A DNA stretch of 64,000 nt from Candidatus Aminicenantes bacterium (GTDB taxonomy: Bacteria > Acidobacteriota > Aminicenantia > UBA2199): positions 72,507-136,506 of the forward strand of contig CAWGGP010000009.1 in NCBI GenBank assembly GCA_963822075.1. The letters are read 5' to 3'. Each line of letters begins with the position of its first letter. The stretch's first letter is position 1. Positions 34,124 to 43,441 of the stretch are shown piece after piece. Under the pieces are notes generated by a model. That model worked only from the letters and a program-made list of their open reading frames with translations. It ran no database searches and was not told the origin of the DNA. Position numbers and translations under genes: made by a program.

Positions 34124-35290
34124 ATGACCGGCGGCGAAAATAAGCGGGGCGCCAAGGCGGCCGTCGCCCTCGTCGCCTGCCCCGATTACGACGACGCCCG
34201 CGTCCTGGAAGCGCTACGGCGCGGCATCGGCCTGCTGGGGGGCATCCGCCGTTTCGCCCGGCGCTCCGAGAAGATCCTGCTCAAACCCAACCTGCTGATC
34301 GGCGCTGTTCCGGAAAAGAACGTCACCACCCACCCTTCCGTGCTGAAAGCCGTGGGCACCCTGTGCCAGGAGGCGGGGGCCACCGCCGCCTTCGGGGATT
34401 CCCCCGGTTTCGGCACCGCGGCGGCAGCGGCGGGCAAAGCGGGCCTGGCGGCGGCGGCACGCGCCATCGGCATGGAACAGGCCGATTTCTCCACTGCGGT
34501 GCAGGTGCGTTTCAACGAGGCCATGATCGCCAAGCAGCTGGTCCTGGCCAAGGGCGCCCTGGAGACCGACGGCATCATCAGCCTGGCCAAGATGAAGACC
34601 CATGGCTTCATGCGCATCACCGGCGCAATCAAGAACCAGTTCGGCTGCGTGCCCGGGATGCGCAAGGGAGAGTATCACGTCAAGATGCCGCGCGCCGAGC
34701 ATTTCGCCGCCATGCTGGTCGACATCAACCGCTTCCTGCGCCCCCGGCTGTACGTCCTGGACGGCATCGTGGCCATGGAGGGCAACGGCCCGGGCTCTGG
34801 GCGGCCCCGGCGCATGAACGTCCTGCTGCTCGCGAGCGACCCGGCCGCCCTGGACGCGGTTTTCTGCCGGCTGATCCACCTGCCGCCCCGGTATGTCCCG
34901 ACCATGGTGCCCGCCGCCGAAGGCGGATTGGGCACCTGGGACGAGAACGAGATCGAGATCCGCGGCGACGATCTATCCCGATTGGCCTGCCCCGATTTCC
35001 AGGTCGTCCGCGAGCCGGCCGAACTTTTCGACCGCTCGTTCCCCTATTACCTGAAAAAATGGATCACGCCGCGGCCGGCGATCGCCTACCCACGCTGCCT
35101 GAACTGCGGGGTGTGTACCGCCGTCTGCCCGCTGGAACCCAAGGCGGTGCGCCCGCCGGCGTCACGCCCGGACGCCAAGCCGGTCTACGATTACCAGCGT
35201 TGCATCCGCTGCTATTGCTGCCAGGAGATGTGCCCACACGGGGCTATCTTCATCCGCCGGCCGCTCCTGAGCCGGATCATCCACCGCTGA
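34124..35290 (+). CDS. DUF362-domain protein with C-terminal 2x[4Fe-4S] ferredoxin motif
   Basis: 388 aa: ..ILLKPNLL..THPSVLKAV..MKTHGF..GNGPG.. (DUF362-like), followed by CLNCGVCTAVCP and CIRCYCCQEMCP. Confidence 0.75.
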   Translation: MTGGENKRGAKAAVALVACPDYDDARVLEALRRGIGLLGGIRRFARRSEKILLKPNLLIGAVPEKNVTTHPSVLKAVGTLCQEAGATAAFGDSPGFGTAAAAAGKAGLAAAARAIGMEQADFSTAVQVRFNEAMIAKQLVLAKGALETDGIISLAKMKTHGFMRITGAIKNQFGCVPGMRKGEYHVKMPRAEHFAAMLVDINRFLRPRLYVLDGIVAMEGNGPGSGRPRRMNVLLLASDPAALDAVFCRLIHLPPRYVPTMVPAAEGGLGTWDENEIEIRGDDLSRLACPDFQVVREPAELFDRSFPYYLKKWITPRPAIAYPRCLNCGVCTAVCPLEPKAVRPPASRPDAKPVYDYQRCIRCYCCQEMCPHGAIFIRRPLLSRIIHR

Positions 35291-35293
35291 AGT

Positions 35294-37996
35294 TCAAACG
35301 GACCGGGGTGGAAGCTCCTTGACCGCTTCGATCACCGATCCGTCGGCCGACGGCGAGGTGGCGAAACCCAGTCGTTGGAATAGCGCCAGCATGCGTGCGT
35401 TGTCGCTGCCGGTCTGGGCGACGACGCGCTTCAGGCCCCAGTGGCCGGCGATCTCCAGGCAGCACTCGGTCAGGACGCTGCCCACCCCCTTGTTCTGCCA
35501 CTTGTCCCCGACCAGCACGGCGTATTCCACGCTTTCATGGTCGGGATCGGCGACCAGCCGCCCCACGCCCAGCAATTCACGGCGCCCGTCCCGGGTCCGC
35601 TCCGCCACCATGGCGATCTCCCGGTCATAATCGATGAAGCAGTAGCGGATCGCGGCCTGGTGCGATTGCCACTGGAAAAAATGGCGGAAACGGGCATAGA
35701 TGGATTCGCGCGAGCAGCCGGCGAGCAGGTCCATCCACATGGGCTCGTCCTCGGGCCGGATCGGCCGGAGCAGCAGCTCGGTGGCGTCGGGCAGGCGCGC
35801 CGGCCGGATGTATTCCTCGGGATACGGGCGCAGCGCCAGGTGGGCGTAGGGCCGCGAGCCGGCGGCAGGCAGGGGCCCTTCGACGACCAGGCGCGCGTCC
35901 AGGGCGATCACCCGCGAGGGGCTGGCCAGCAAGGGGTTGATGTCCAGCTCGGCGATCTCGGGATAATCGGCGGCGAAATAGGAAAGGCGGATCAGGACTT
36001 CAAGCAGGCGGTCGAGGCCGACCGCCGGCCGGCCGCGGTAGCCGTTGAGCAGCGGCCAGATCTTGAGCGACTCGAGCATGCGCCTGGCCAGGCGCTCGTT
36101 CAGCGGCGGAAAGCCCAGGCTGCGGTCGGCGAACAGCTCGGCGTTGGTGCCGCCCATGCCGGCCAGGACCACGGTGCCGAAGACGGGGTCCTTCTTGATG
36201 CCGAGGATCAGCTCCACCCCATGGGGGTCCTGGACCATCGGCTGCACGGTCACCCCCTCCAGCCTGGCCGCCGGCCTTTTCCGTTGCGCCCGCTGCCATG
36301 ATCGCCGCGAACGCCCGGCGCACCTCGGCCTCGCTGCCCAGGTCGAGGGCCACGCCGCCCACGTCGCTCTTGTGGGTGATGTCCGGGGAGAGGATCTTCA
36401 GGACGACGGGAAAGCCGATCGCGGCCGCCGCTGCGGCGGCGGCTTGCGGGTCGGCGGCCGCCCGCGGCAGGGCGGTGGGAATGCCGTACGCCTCGAGCAG
36501 GCGCTTGGAATCGCCTTCGGAGAGCACCCGTTTTTCGCCCCCCGCCAGCGCCTTGAATTCGGCGCTGCAGTTTCCGGCGGTCGGGAGTGAAGGACAGCGG
36601 GATGTCCATGGGCGTTTCGTAGAGGCTGGCCAGGTTGCGGGAATAGGCCACCAGGGTCATGAAGGCCCGCACCGCCTGCTCGGGGGTGCGGTAGCTGGCG
36701 ATGCCGGCTTCGGCGAGCAGGCGCCTGCCGTCCCCCATGCTGCTCCCGCCGAGCCAGGCGGCCAGGATCGGCTTCGCCGACAGGTCCTTGAGCTGGGCCA
36801 GCGCCTGGGCCATCGCCGTCGGGTTGGTCATGGCCTGGGGAGTGACGATCACCAGGACCGCGTCGGACGCGGAGTCCTGGAGGACGATCTCCACCGCCCT
36901 GGCCAGGCGCTTGGAGCGGGCATCGCCCAGGACGTCGACCGGGTTGCCGTGCGACCAGCAGGGAGGCAGCACCTCGTCCAGGCGCGCCAGCGTCTCCGGC
37001 GCCAGCGCCGCCAGCACTCCATTGGCGGCGATCAGGGCGTCGACGGCCATCACCCCGGGGCCGCCGGCGTTGGTCACGATGGCCAGGCGGGGCCCCGGGG
37101 GATCTTCTGGCGGCCGATCAGCTCGGCGCAGTCGAAGATCTCGCCGATGTCGCAGCACGCGGGCCAGGCCGGCGCGCTGGAACGCGGCGTCATAGATCGC
37201 GTCCTCGGCGGCCAGCGCCCCGGTGTGCGAGGCGGCCACCTGGGCCGACTCCGGGAAGCGGCCGGCCTTGTAGGCCACGATGGGCTTGCCGCGGGCGAAG
37301 GCGCGGGCGGCGGTCATGAACTTGCGCGCCTGGCCGATCGACTCCACGTACATGATGATGGAGCGGGTCTTCTCGTCTTCGCCCAGGTAATCGATCAGGT
37401 CGCCGAAATCCACGTCCAGGGCGTTGCCGATCGAGGCCACGCAGGAAAAGCCGATGTTCTCCTCCATGGCCCAGTCCAGCACCGCGGCGCACAACGCCCC
37501 CGACTGGGAAATGAAGGCGATGTGGCCGCTCTTGGGCAAGGCGCCGGCGAAGCTCATGTTGAGCTGGCGGCCGGGGACGATGACTCCCAGGCAGTTGGGG
37601 CCGAGGATGCGCATGCCGCCGAAGCGCTTCGCCTCCGCCTGGATCTCCTTTTCCAGCGCCAGGCCGGCCGGGCCGGTCTCGCGGAACCCGGCCGACACGA
37701 TGACCACTCCCGGGATGCCGGCTTCGCCGCAGGAGCGCACCAGGGCGGGGACCTGGGCCGCCGGCGCGCAGATCACCCCCACGTCGACGCGGCGCGGCAG
37801 CTTCGCCAGCTCCGGGAAGCAGGGAATGCCCATCACGGCCTCGAAGTCGGGATTGACGGGATAGACCACGCCGCGGAAGCCGCTGCCGACCAGGTTGCTC
37901 AAGACCTTGCCGCCGACGCTTTTCGGGTTGGCGCGTGACCCCGATCAGGGCGATTCGCTGCGGGTTGAAAATGTTCTCAAGACTGTGGATCGCCAT
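35294..37996 (-). CDS. ADP-forming acetyl/acyl-CoA synthetase fused to a GNAT acetyltransferase domain (Pat-like); multiple frameshifts as assembled
   Basis: The N-terminus is MAIHSLENIFNPQ.IALIGV / SRANPKSVGGKVLSNLVGSGFRGVVYPVNP (CoA-binding), followed by the succinyl-CoA-synthetase-like flavodoxin and ATP-grasp parts (ORFs 36250..37902, 36000..36527). The intact C-terminal ORF 35294..36253 ends in a GNAT domain (..YAVLVGDKWQNKGVGSVL..). The indels include a compensating pair at ~37095/37155. Confidence 0.8.
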
Positions 37997-38888
37997 GCCC
38001 CTTTTTCCTTTGCTCGTCCAGCACCCGGCGCATCGCCCGCGTGTGCTCGGGAGTCGTGCCGCAGCAGCCGCCGAGCACCGACACCCCCGCCGCCAGCAAT
38101 TCCCCGCCCTTTGCCGCCATGAACTCCGGCGTCTCGGGATAGTGGACCTTTCCCTGGCGCGATTCGGGCAGGCCGGCGTTGGGCTGGATCACCAGCGGCA
38201 GCGTGCTGGTCTGCTTGAATTCGCGGGCGATCGCGAGCATGTGCTCGCTGCCGTTGCCGCAGTTGGAGCCGACGAGGTCGGCGCCCGCCTTGGCGAGCTC
38301 GCGCAGGCCGCCGCGACCGACACGCCCATGACGGTGAAGTAGCCCCGCGGCGTGGCTCGAAGGTCATGGTGGCCATGACCGGGATGGTGGCGGAGACGCT
38401 GCGCGCGGCCTGGATGGCCAGCCGCGCCTCGGTGATGTCGGTCATGGTCTCGATGCAGACGAGGTCGGCCCCGGCGCCGATCACGGCCCGCATCTGCGCG
38501 CGGAAGCTTGCATCGAGCGTTTCCGCGTCCGTGTCCCCGAAGGGCTTGAGTATCCTGCCGCTGGGGCCGCACGAGGCGGAAACGTAGGCCCGCTCCCCGA
38601 CCGCCCGGCGCACCGCCTCGACCGCGCTCGGTTGATGCGCCGCCTCGCCGGCCAGCCCGTAGTTGGCCAGCTTCAGGGGCGAGGCCGCCGAAGGTGTTGG
38701 TCTGGATGATCTCGGCGCCGGCGTCGAAGTAGAGTCGGGCGATCTCCTCGAGCACCTGCGGCTGGGTCAGGTTGAGCCTCTCCGGAGCCGCGCCCCGGGG
38801 CAAGCCCGCGCGCCATGAGCAGCGTGCCCCAGGCCCCGTCGCCGACCAGGACCTCGCCGCGCCCCACCCGGGCCTTGAAGGATTCCAT
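37977..38888 (-). CDS. homocysteine S-methyltransferase-domain protein (MetH N-terminal/BHMT-like); multiple frameshifts as assembled
   Basis: It begins at ATG 38888 (MESFKARVGRGEVLVGDGAWGTLLMARGL). It continues ..LNLTQPQVLEEIARLYFDAGAEIIQTNTFG.., ..ADLVCIETMTDITEARLAIQAA.., ..LPLVIQPNAGLP.. and the Zn-site motif VLGGCCGTTPEH (ORF 37977..38240). Confidence 0.8.
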
Positions 38889-38889
38889 T

Positions 38890-39525
38890 TTAACCGGCCG
38901 CCGCCAGCTTTTTCACGCTCTCGACCGCCTGGGCGCAATCGTAGCCGTAGGCGTCGGCGCCGATCTCGGCGGCGTAGTCGCCGGAGACGGGGGCGCCGCC
39001 GACGATGGTCTTGATGCGGCCGGCGAGGTCTCCTTCTTGAGCAGGTCGACGACCTCCTTCATCACCGGCATGGTGGTGGTCAGCAGCGCCGACATGCCGA
39101 TGACCCGCGCCTCGCGGCTTTTCGCCGCGGCCACGAACGTCGGCGGCGGCACGTCGTTGCCTAGATCGATCACCTCGAAGCCGGCGCCCTTCAGCATGAT
39201 GGCGACCAGGTTCTTGCCGATGTCGTGCAGGTCGCCCTGGACCGAGCCGAGCACGACCCGGCCGCGGCTGGAGACGCCGCGCTGGCCAGCAGCGGCTTGA
39301 GGAGGTCGAGGCCGGCGTACATGGCCCGGGCGGCCAGCAGCACGTCGGGCAGGAAGATCTCGCGCTCGCGGAATTTTTCGCCCACCACGTTCATGCCGGC
39401 GATCAGGCCGTCGTCCAGGATCGACTGGGGTCGATGCCCTCCGCGAGGGCCTGGCGGGTCAACCGGGCGGCGCTGGCGTCATCGCCCTCTTCGAGGCTCA
39501 GGGCGATCGATTTCAGGATTTCCAT
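38890..39525 (-). CDS. cobalamin-binding corrinoid protein (B12-binding cap + Rossmann domains); frameshifted as assembled
   Basis: ATG 39525 follows GGAGGA. Traceable segments are ..GMNVVGEKFREREIFLPDVLLAARAM.. (cap), the DxHxxG motif VQGDLHDIGKNLV, ..VIGMSALLTTTMP.. and the C-terminus ..GGAPVSGDYAAEIGADAYGYD... The stop lies 2 nt before the next ATG. Confidence 0.8.
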
Positions 39526-39540
39526 GTTTTTCCTCCGTTG

Positions 39541-40244
39541 TTATGCGGACTTGCCCAAGTCCCTTTCCCGGCAGGCCGGGCTCTTGCACAGGGCGCAAAA
39601 TGGGAAGTTTCAGAAACCTGGTGGATCGGCGCCGGGCCGGCGACCAGCACCCCCGAAACCGATTTGAGCGGCGTCATCAGGAAACGTTCGTTCGAGCGTA
39701 CGCCGATCTCCTCCGGCTGCAGGGCCGCGAAAAGCGTTCGCTGGCCGCTGATATGCCAGCCGCAGTAGCCGGGGCTGTATAAAAAAGCCCGAGGGCGGGC
39801 CCCGTTGCCCCGGACTTGGCCCGCCGGTCCTCCGCCCAGGCCTCGGCGACGCGCCCGGCCTGGTCGGCCGCTGGCGAGGCGACGGCGTCGAGGATCGAGC
39901 CCAGGGCGAAATCCACGCCGGCGAACAGGCGCTGGATCTCGGCGCTGATCCCCTCCCCGAGGGTCGAAAACGAAAAGATGCAACTGGTCGGCGCGGGGAA
40001 ATATTTTTTCCAGCGGCGTCTCCGGCTGCGTTCAGCCCGCGGCCGCGAAAATAGGCCGCGAACTCTACCGCGCTGACCGGCCGGCTCAAGGCGCGGGGCT
40101 CTCCGGCGCAGTCGAAAATTTCCAGTGCCCGCTCGCAGCAACGCGGCGGAAGCGCGGGGAAGGCGCGGCGGCCGCTTTTCAGCCCCAGGGCGGCAGCACG
40201 TCGGCGGGGTCGGGCCGCAGCCGAGCCAGCGGGAAATCGATCAT
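39541..40244 (-). CDS. protein resembling the MetH reactivation (AdoMet-binding, Met_synt_B12) domain; frameshifted as assembled
   Basis: Traceable segments are ..FSTLGEGISAEIQRLFAGVDFALGSILDAVAS.. and ..YSPGYCGWHISGQRTLFAALQPEEIGVRSNERFLMTPLKSVSGVLVAGP.., the conserved core of the B12-dependent methionine synthase activation domain. Both ends are uncertain. Confidence 0.6.
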
Positions 40245-40302
40245 GCCTCGACCGGGCGGGCGGGAAGCGCGTCCATGCCGCGGCGCCGCGCTTCTTTGTC
40301 CA

Positions 40303-41713
40303 TCAGCGCGCATAATCCTTCTTGCGCTCGTCGGCGAGGCGCGAGGGCCGCCAGGCGCCGACCAGCCGCTCCACCTCGCGCCGGGCCCGCTGCCCGAGCG
40401 TCAGGCTGCCCTCCTCCCGCCAGCGCGAGAGATTGGCCCGGTCGATGACCGGCCCGGGAAATAAAGCTCATTCTTCAGATGTCGGCGCGTGTGCGGGGAG
40501 ATCAGCAGGTGGCCCTCGCGCAGCAACTCCTCGAATAGCGGCCGGGCGGGGAAGTCCTCGCGCGGCTCGATGCCGCGCGGCAGGCGCAGCGTCATGCCGC
40601 AGATCTCGTCGTCCAGGACCAGCTTCTCCAGGCTCTGGCAGCTCTCGAAATCGAGCATGCCGGGGCCGGAAACGCTGTTGATCCCGGAGAGGGCGGCGAG
40701 CGTGGCCCCCATGCCGGTCTCCAGCCCGGCCTGGGCGTCGAGCGTCTTGGCGTCGCTCAGCGCGATGTAGGCCTGGGTGGGCAGGCCGAGATGCTTGCCG
40801 ATCTCGTTGTAGGCGCAGTCGACCATCATGCGTCTCGATCGCGCCCATGGGCGTGGTCTCGTAGCGGATGTCGAAAATGGCCGGCGAGCCGCCGTAGAGC
40901 ACCGGGGTCCCGGGATGGCTGGCCTGGCTGATGACGACGCCGCTCAATGTTTCCGCCGCGTGCTGCACCAGGGTGCCCACCAGGGTCACCGGGGCCATGA
41001 AGCCGGAGAGCGGCATGGAGATGAATTCGACCGGGATGCCGGCGGCGGCGCAGTCGACCACGTTCTGCGACGTGATCTCGCTCCATTTCAGCGGCGCGGT
41101 CGGGCAGCAGGAAAAGATCGTCAGCGGCCTGGCGCGCAGCTCCTGCTCGCTGCCGCGCACGGCCAGCTGCATGTCGCGCATCACCTGGAAGGACTCGATG
41201 GTGAAGGCGCCGGTGACCACCGGCTTCTCGCCGTAGAGCAGGCTGAAGAAAAGCCGGTAGCTGTCCGAGACGAGGTCGGCCACGTCGGCCGGGATGAAGG
41301 CGGTGCTCTGCGCGGCGATATGGCCGCAGGCCGGTAAGGAGCTGGACGTAGCGGACATAGTCCGCGGTATCGGGCTTGCGGATCTGCTGGGTCCGGTGGT
41401 CGAGGATGTGCAGGGCCGCCGAGCCCGGGGTGAAATGGACATTGGCGCCGGAGAAATCGTGGGTCTCCTCGCCCATCACGTTAAAAAGCTTGAACGAGTG
41501 CGGAACCGTCGCCAGAGCGCGGTCCAGCACCGGGCCGGGAAACCAGGCGTGGCTTTTTCCCAGGTCCACCCGGGCGCCGAAGTCGCCCAGGAGCTTAAGG
41601 ACGCGCGGGTTCTGCACCTTGGTCCCCAGGTGACCCAGGATATCCCGGGCTTCGCCGACGATCCGTTCGAGCAGGTCCGCGCTCAGGAGTTTGAATTGCG
41701 GTCTCAAGGCCAT
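40303..41713 (-). CDS. MttB-superfamily (trimethylamine methyltransferase-like, non-pyrrolysine) methyltransferase; frameshifted as assembled
   Basis: ATG 41713 follows GGAGG. The sequence reads MALRPQFKLLSADLLERIVGEARDILGHLGTKVQNPRVLKLLGDFGARVD.., ..IFSCCPTAPLKWSEITSQNVVDCAAAGIPVEFISMPLSGFMAPVTL.., ..PMGAIET | MMVDCAYNEIGKHLGLPTQAYIALSDAKTLDAQAGLE... The frames are joined at ~41335 and ~40830, and again near 40460. No in-frame TAG is needed in the frames I traced. Confidence 0.8.
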
Positions 41714-41841
41714 GGCTTCGCCTCCTTTTTGATCCGATGAACTTCCCACGGCGCCCATTGGGGGTCAACCGCCGATGCCGGGGAAAAATTATATGGGAAG
41801 CCGCGGCGGTTGTCAATCGCACCCGTCAACCCCGCCACGGA

Positions 41842-41869
41842 TTGACATATTGAAAATTTGGCATAAAAT
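41842..41869 (+). promoter_or_regulatory. sigma70-type promoter candidate for the sigma54-activator gene
   Basis: TTGACA (41842-41847), a 16-nt spacer, then TAAAAT (41864-41869). The ATG at 41914 lies 45 nt downstream and is preceded by GGAG. Confidence 0.5.
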
Positions 41870-41913
41870 TTATCCGGCCGGGCGCGTCGGCGCGAGCAGG
41901 CCAGGGATAGGAG

Positions 41914-43281
41914 ATGAGCGAAGACAATAAAAAACCGGGGGGGCGACCGGGGCTGAATGTGCTGGTCGTCGACGATGAAACGAACATCCGCAAGACCATC
42001 TCCCTCTGCCTCGAGATCGAAGGCTGCCTGGTCCGGGCGGTCAGCAATTTCGCTGACGCCTTGAGCGAGATCAAGCAGAACGTTTTCGACGTGGCCTTTC
42101 TGGACCTGCGCCTGGGGACCCAGAACGGGTTGGACCTGATCCCCTACCTTCAATTTCACTCGCCGCGGGCCAAGATCGTCATCATCACCGCCTACGCATC
42201 CATCGACTCGGCCATCGAGGCGATCCGCAAGGGGGCGACCGATTATATCCCCAAGCCCTTTACGCCCGCCCAGATCAAGGTGGTCATCGGCAAGATCAGG
42301 GAGATCGGCGACATGCAGCGGCAGATCGAAGACCTCAAATTCAGCTTGACCGTCAGCGTGCCGGAGATCGATTTCTCTTCAAAGAATGCGGCCATGCAAA
42401 AGGTCTTCGCCGTCGCCCGGGAAGCCGCCGCCTCCAGCGCGACCATTCTGCTCAAGGGGGAAAGCGGCAGCGGCAAATCCATCCTGGCCAAAGCCATCCA
42501 TGACTGGAGCCCGAGGTCGGGCAAGCCGTTCTTGAGCGTCTCCTGCCCATCGCTTTCCGCCGAGCTCCTGGAAAGCGAACTCTTCGGCCACGCCAGGGGA
42601 TCGTTCACCGGCGCGCTCAGGGACTTCCCGGGACGGATCTCGCTGGCACAGGAAGGCACGCTGTTTTTGGATGAGATCGGCGACCTGCCCCTGTCGATCC
42701 AGCCCAAGCTCCTGCGCTTCATCCAGGATAAAAAATACGAGCGGCTGGGGGAAAATATAACCCGGAACGCCGATGTGCGGATCATCGCGGCATCCAACCT
42801 CGACCTGGGAAAAGCGGTCGCCGAGGGAAGGTTTCGCGAGGACCTTTACTATCGTTTGAACGTCGTGGAGATCGAGATCCCGCCGTTGCGGGAAAGAAAG
42901 GAAGATATCGCAGCCAGCGCCGACAACATGCTGCTTTTTTTCGGTCGCAATAACCACAGGGCATACAAGGGGTTCAGCCCCGAGGCATTGGCGGCGCTGA
43001 ACAACTATTCCTGGCCGGGAAACCTGCGCGAACTCCGCAACACCATAGAACGCATCGCCATTTTCTGCAAGACGGAAATCGTCGGCCAGGAATGCCTTCC
43101 CGATAAGATCAGCGGCAGCGAGGGCATGCCTTGCCTGGGAGATGCGGTCAACCTTGACAAGATCGAGGAGATCCACATTCGCCGCGTCCTGGCCAGCGCG
43201 GCCTCCATGCAGCAGGCCGCCGAAACTCTGGGCATCGACTCGGCCACCCTGTGGCGCAAAAGGAAAAAGTACGGCATTTGA
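41914..43281 (+). CDS. sigma54-dependent response regulator (NtrC family: REC + AAA+ + Fis-type HTH)
   Basis: 455 aa: the REC domain (VLVVDDE..AFLDLRL..PKPF), Walker A GESGSGKS, the sigma54-contact loop GSFTGA, ..RFREDLYYRLNV.., and the C-terminal HTH ..AAETLGIDSATLWRKRKKYGI. Confidence 0.9.
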   Translation: MSEDNKKPGGRPGLNVLVVDDETNIRKTISLCLEIEGCLVRAVSNFADALSEIKQNVFDVAFLDLRLGTQNGLDLIPYLQFHSPRAKIVIITAYASIDSAIEAIRKGATDYIPKPFTPAQIKVVIGKIREIGDMQRQIEDLKFSLTVSVPEIDFSSKNAAMQKVFAVAREAAASSATILLKGESGSGKSILAKAIHDWSPRSGKPFLSVSCPSLSAELLESELFGHARGSFTGALRDFPGRISLAQEGTLFLDEIGDLPLSIQPKLLRFIQDKKYERLGENITRNADVRIIAASNLDLGKAVAEGRFREDLYYRLNVVEIEIPPLRERKEDIAASADNMLLFFGRNNHRAYKGFSPEALAALNNYSWPGNLRELRNTIERIAIFCKTEIVGQECLPDKISGSEGMPCLGDAVNLDKIEEIHIRRVLASAASMQQAAETLGIDSATLWRKRKKYGI

Positions 43282-43307
43282 GCCGCCCGCATGGCTGAAG
43301 GATCGTC

Positions 43308-43351
43308 TTGCAAAATGCAATGCGGAAAGGAGCCAAGTTTGCATAATTCAA
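43308..43351 (+). promoter_or_regulatory. two TTGCA-N3/4-TGCAA-type palindromes (candidate enhancer/UAS sites)
   Basis: TTGCAAAATGCAA (43308-43320, perfect 5-bp arms) and TTGCATAATTCAA (43339-43351, 4/5). They lie about 90 and 60 bp upstream of the -24 element. Confidence 0.3.
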
Positions 43352-43404
43352 TCCGGGAAACAAGAAAAAGCCTGAAAACCCCAATCATAGAGCCACTCCC
43401 ACTT

Positions 43405-43420
43405 TGGCAAGATTCATGCT
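43405..43420 (+). promoter_or_regulatory. sigma54 (-24/-12) promoter candidate in front of the kinase-kdp genes
   Basis: TGGCAAG-attc-ATGCT compares with the consensus TGGCACG-N4-TTGCW. GG is at 43406-43407 and GC at 43418-43419, which is the correct spacing. GGAG (43432-43435) and ATG 43442 follow. Confidence 0.55.
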
Positions 43421-43441
43421 TTGTATTTTGTGGAGTCGAGC

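Noticed and set aside
40303-41713. Pyrrolysine (in-frame UAG) in the MttB homologue
   Set aside because: The frame interruptions I traced are indels, not amber codons. No in-frame TAG is required to read the protein, and no pylSBCD genes occur in the window.
41860-41876. TGGCATaaaatTTATC upstream of the response-regulator gene as a sigma54 promoter
   Set aside because: GG is present, but the -12 position reads TTAT instead of TTGC, so there is no GC. The same stretch fits a sigma70 TTGACA-N16-TAAAAT promoter much better.
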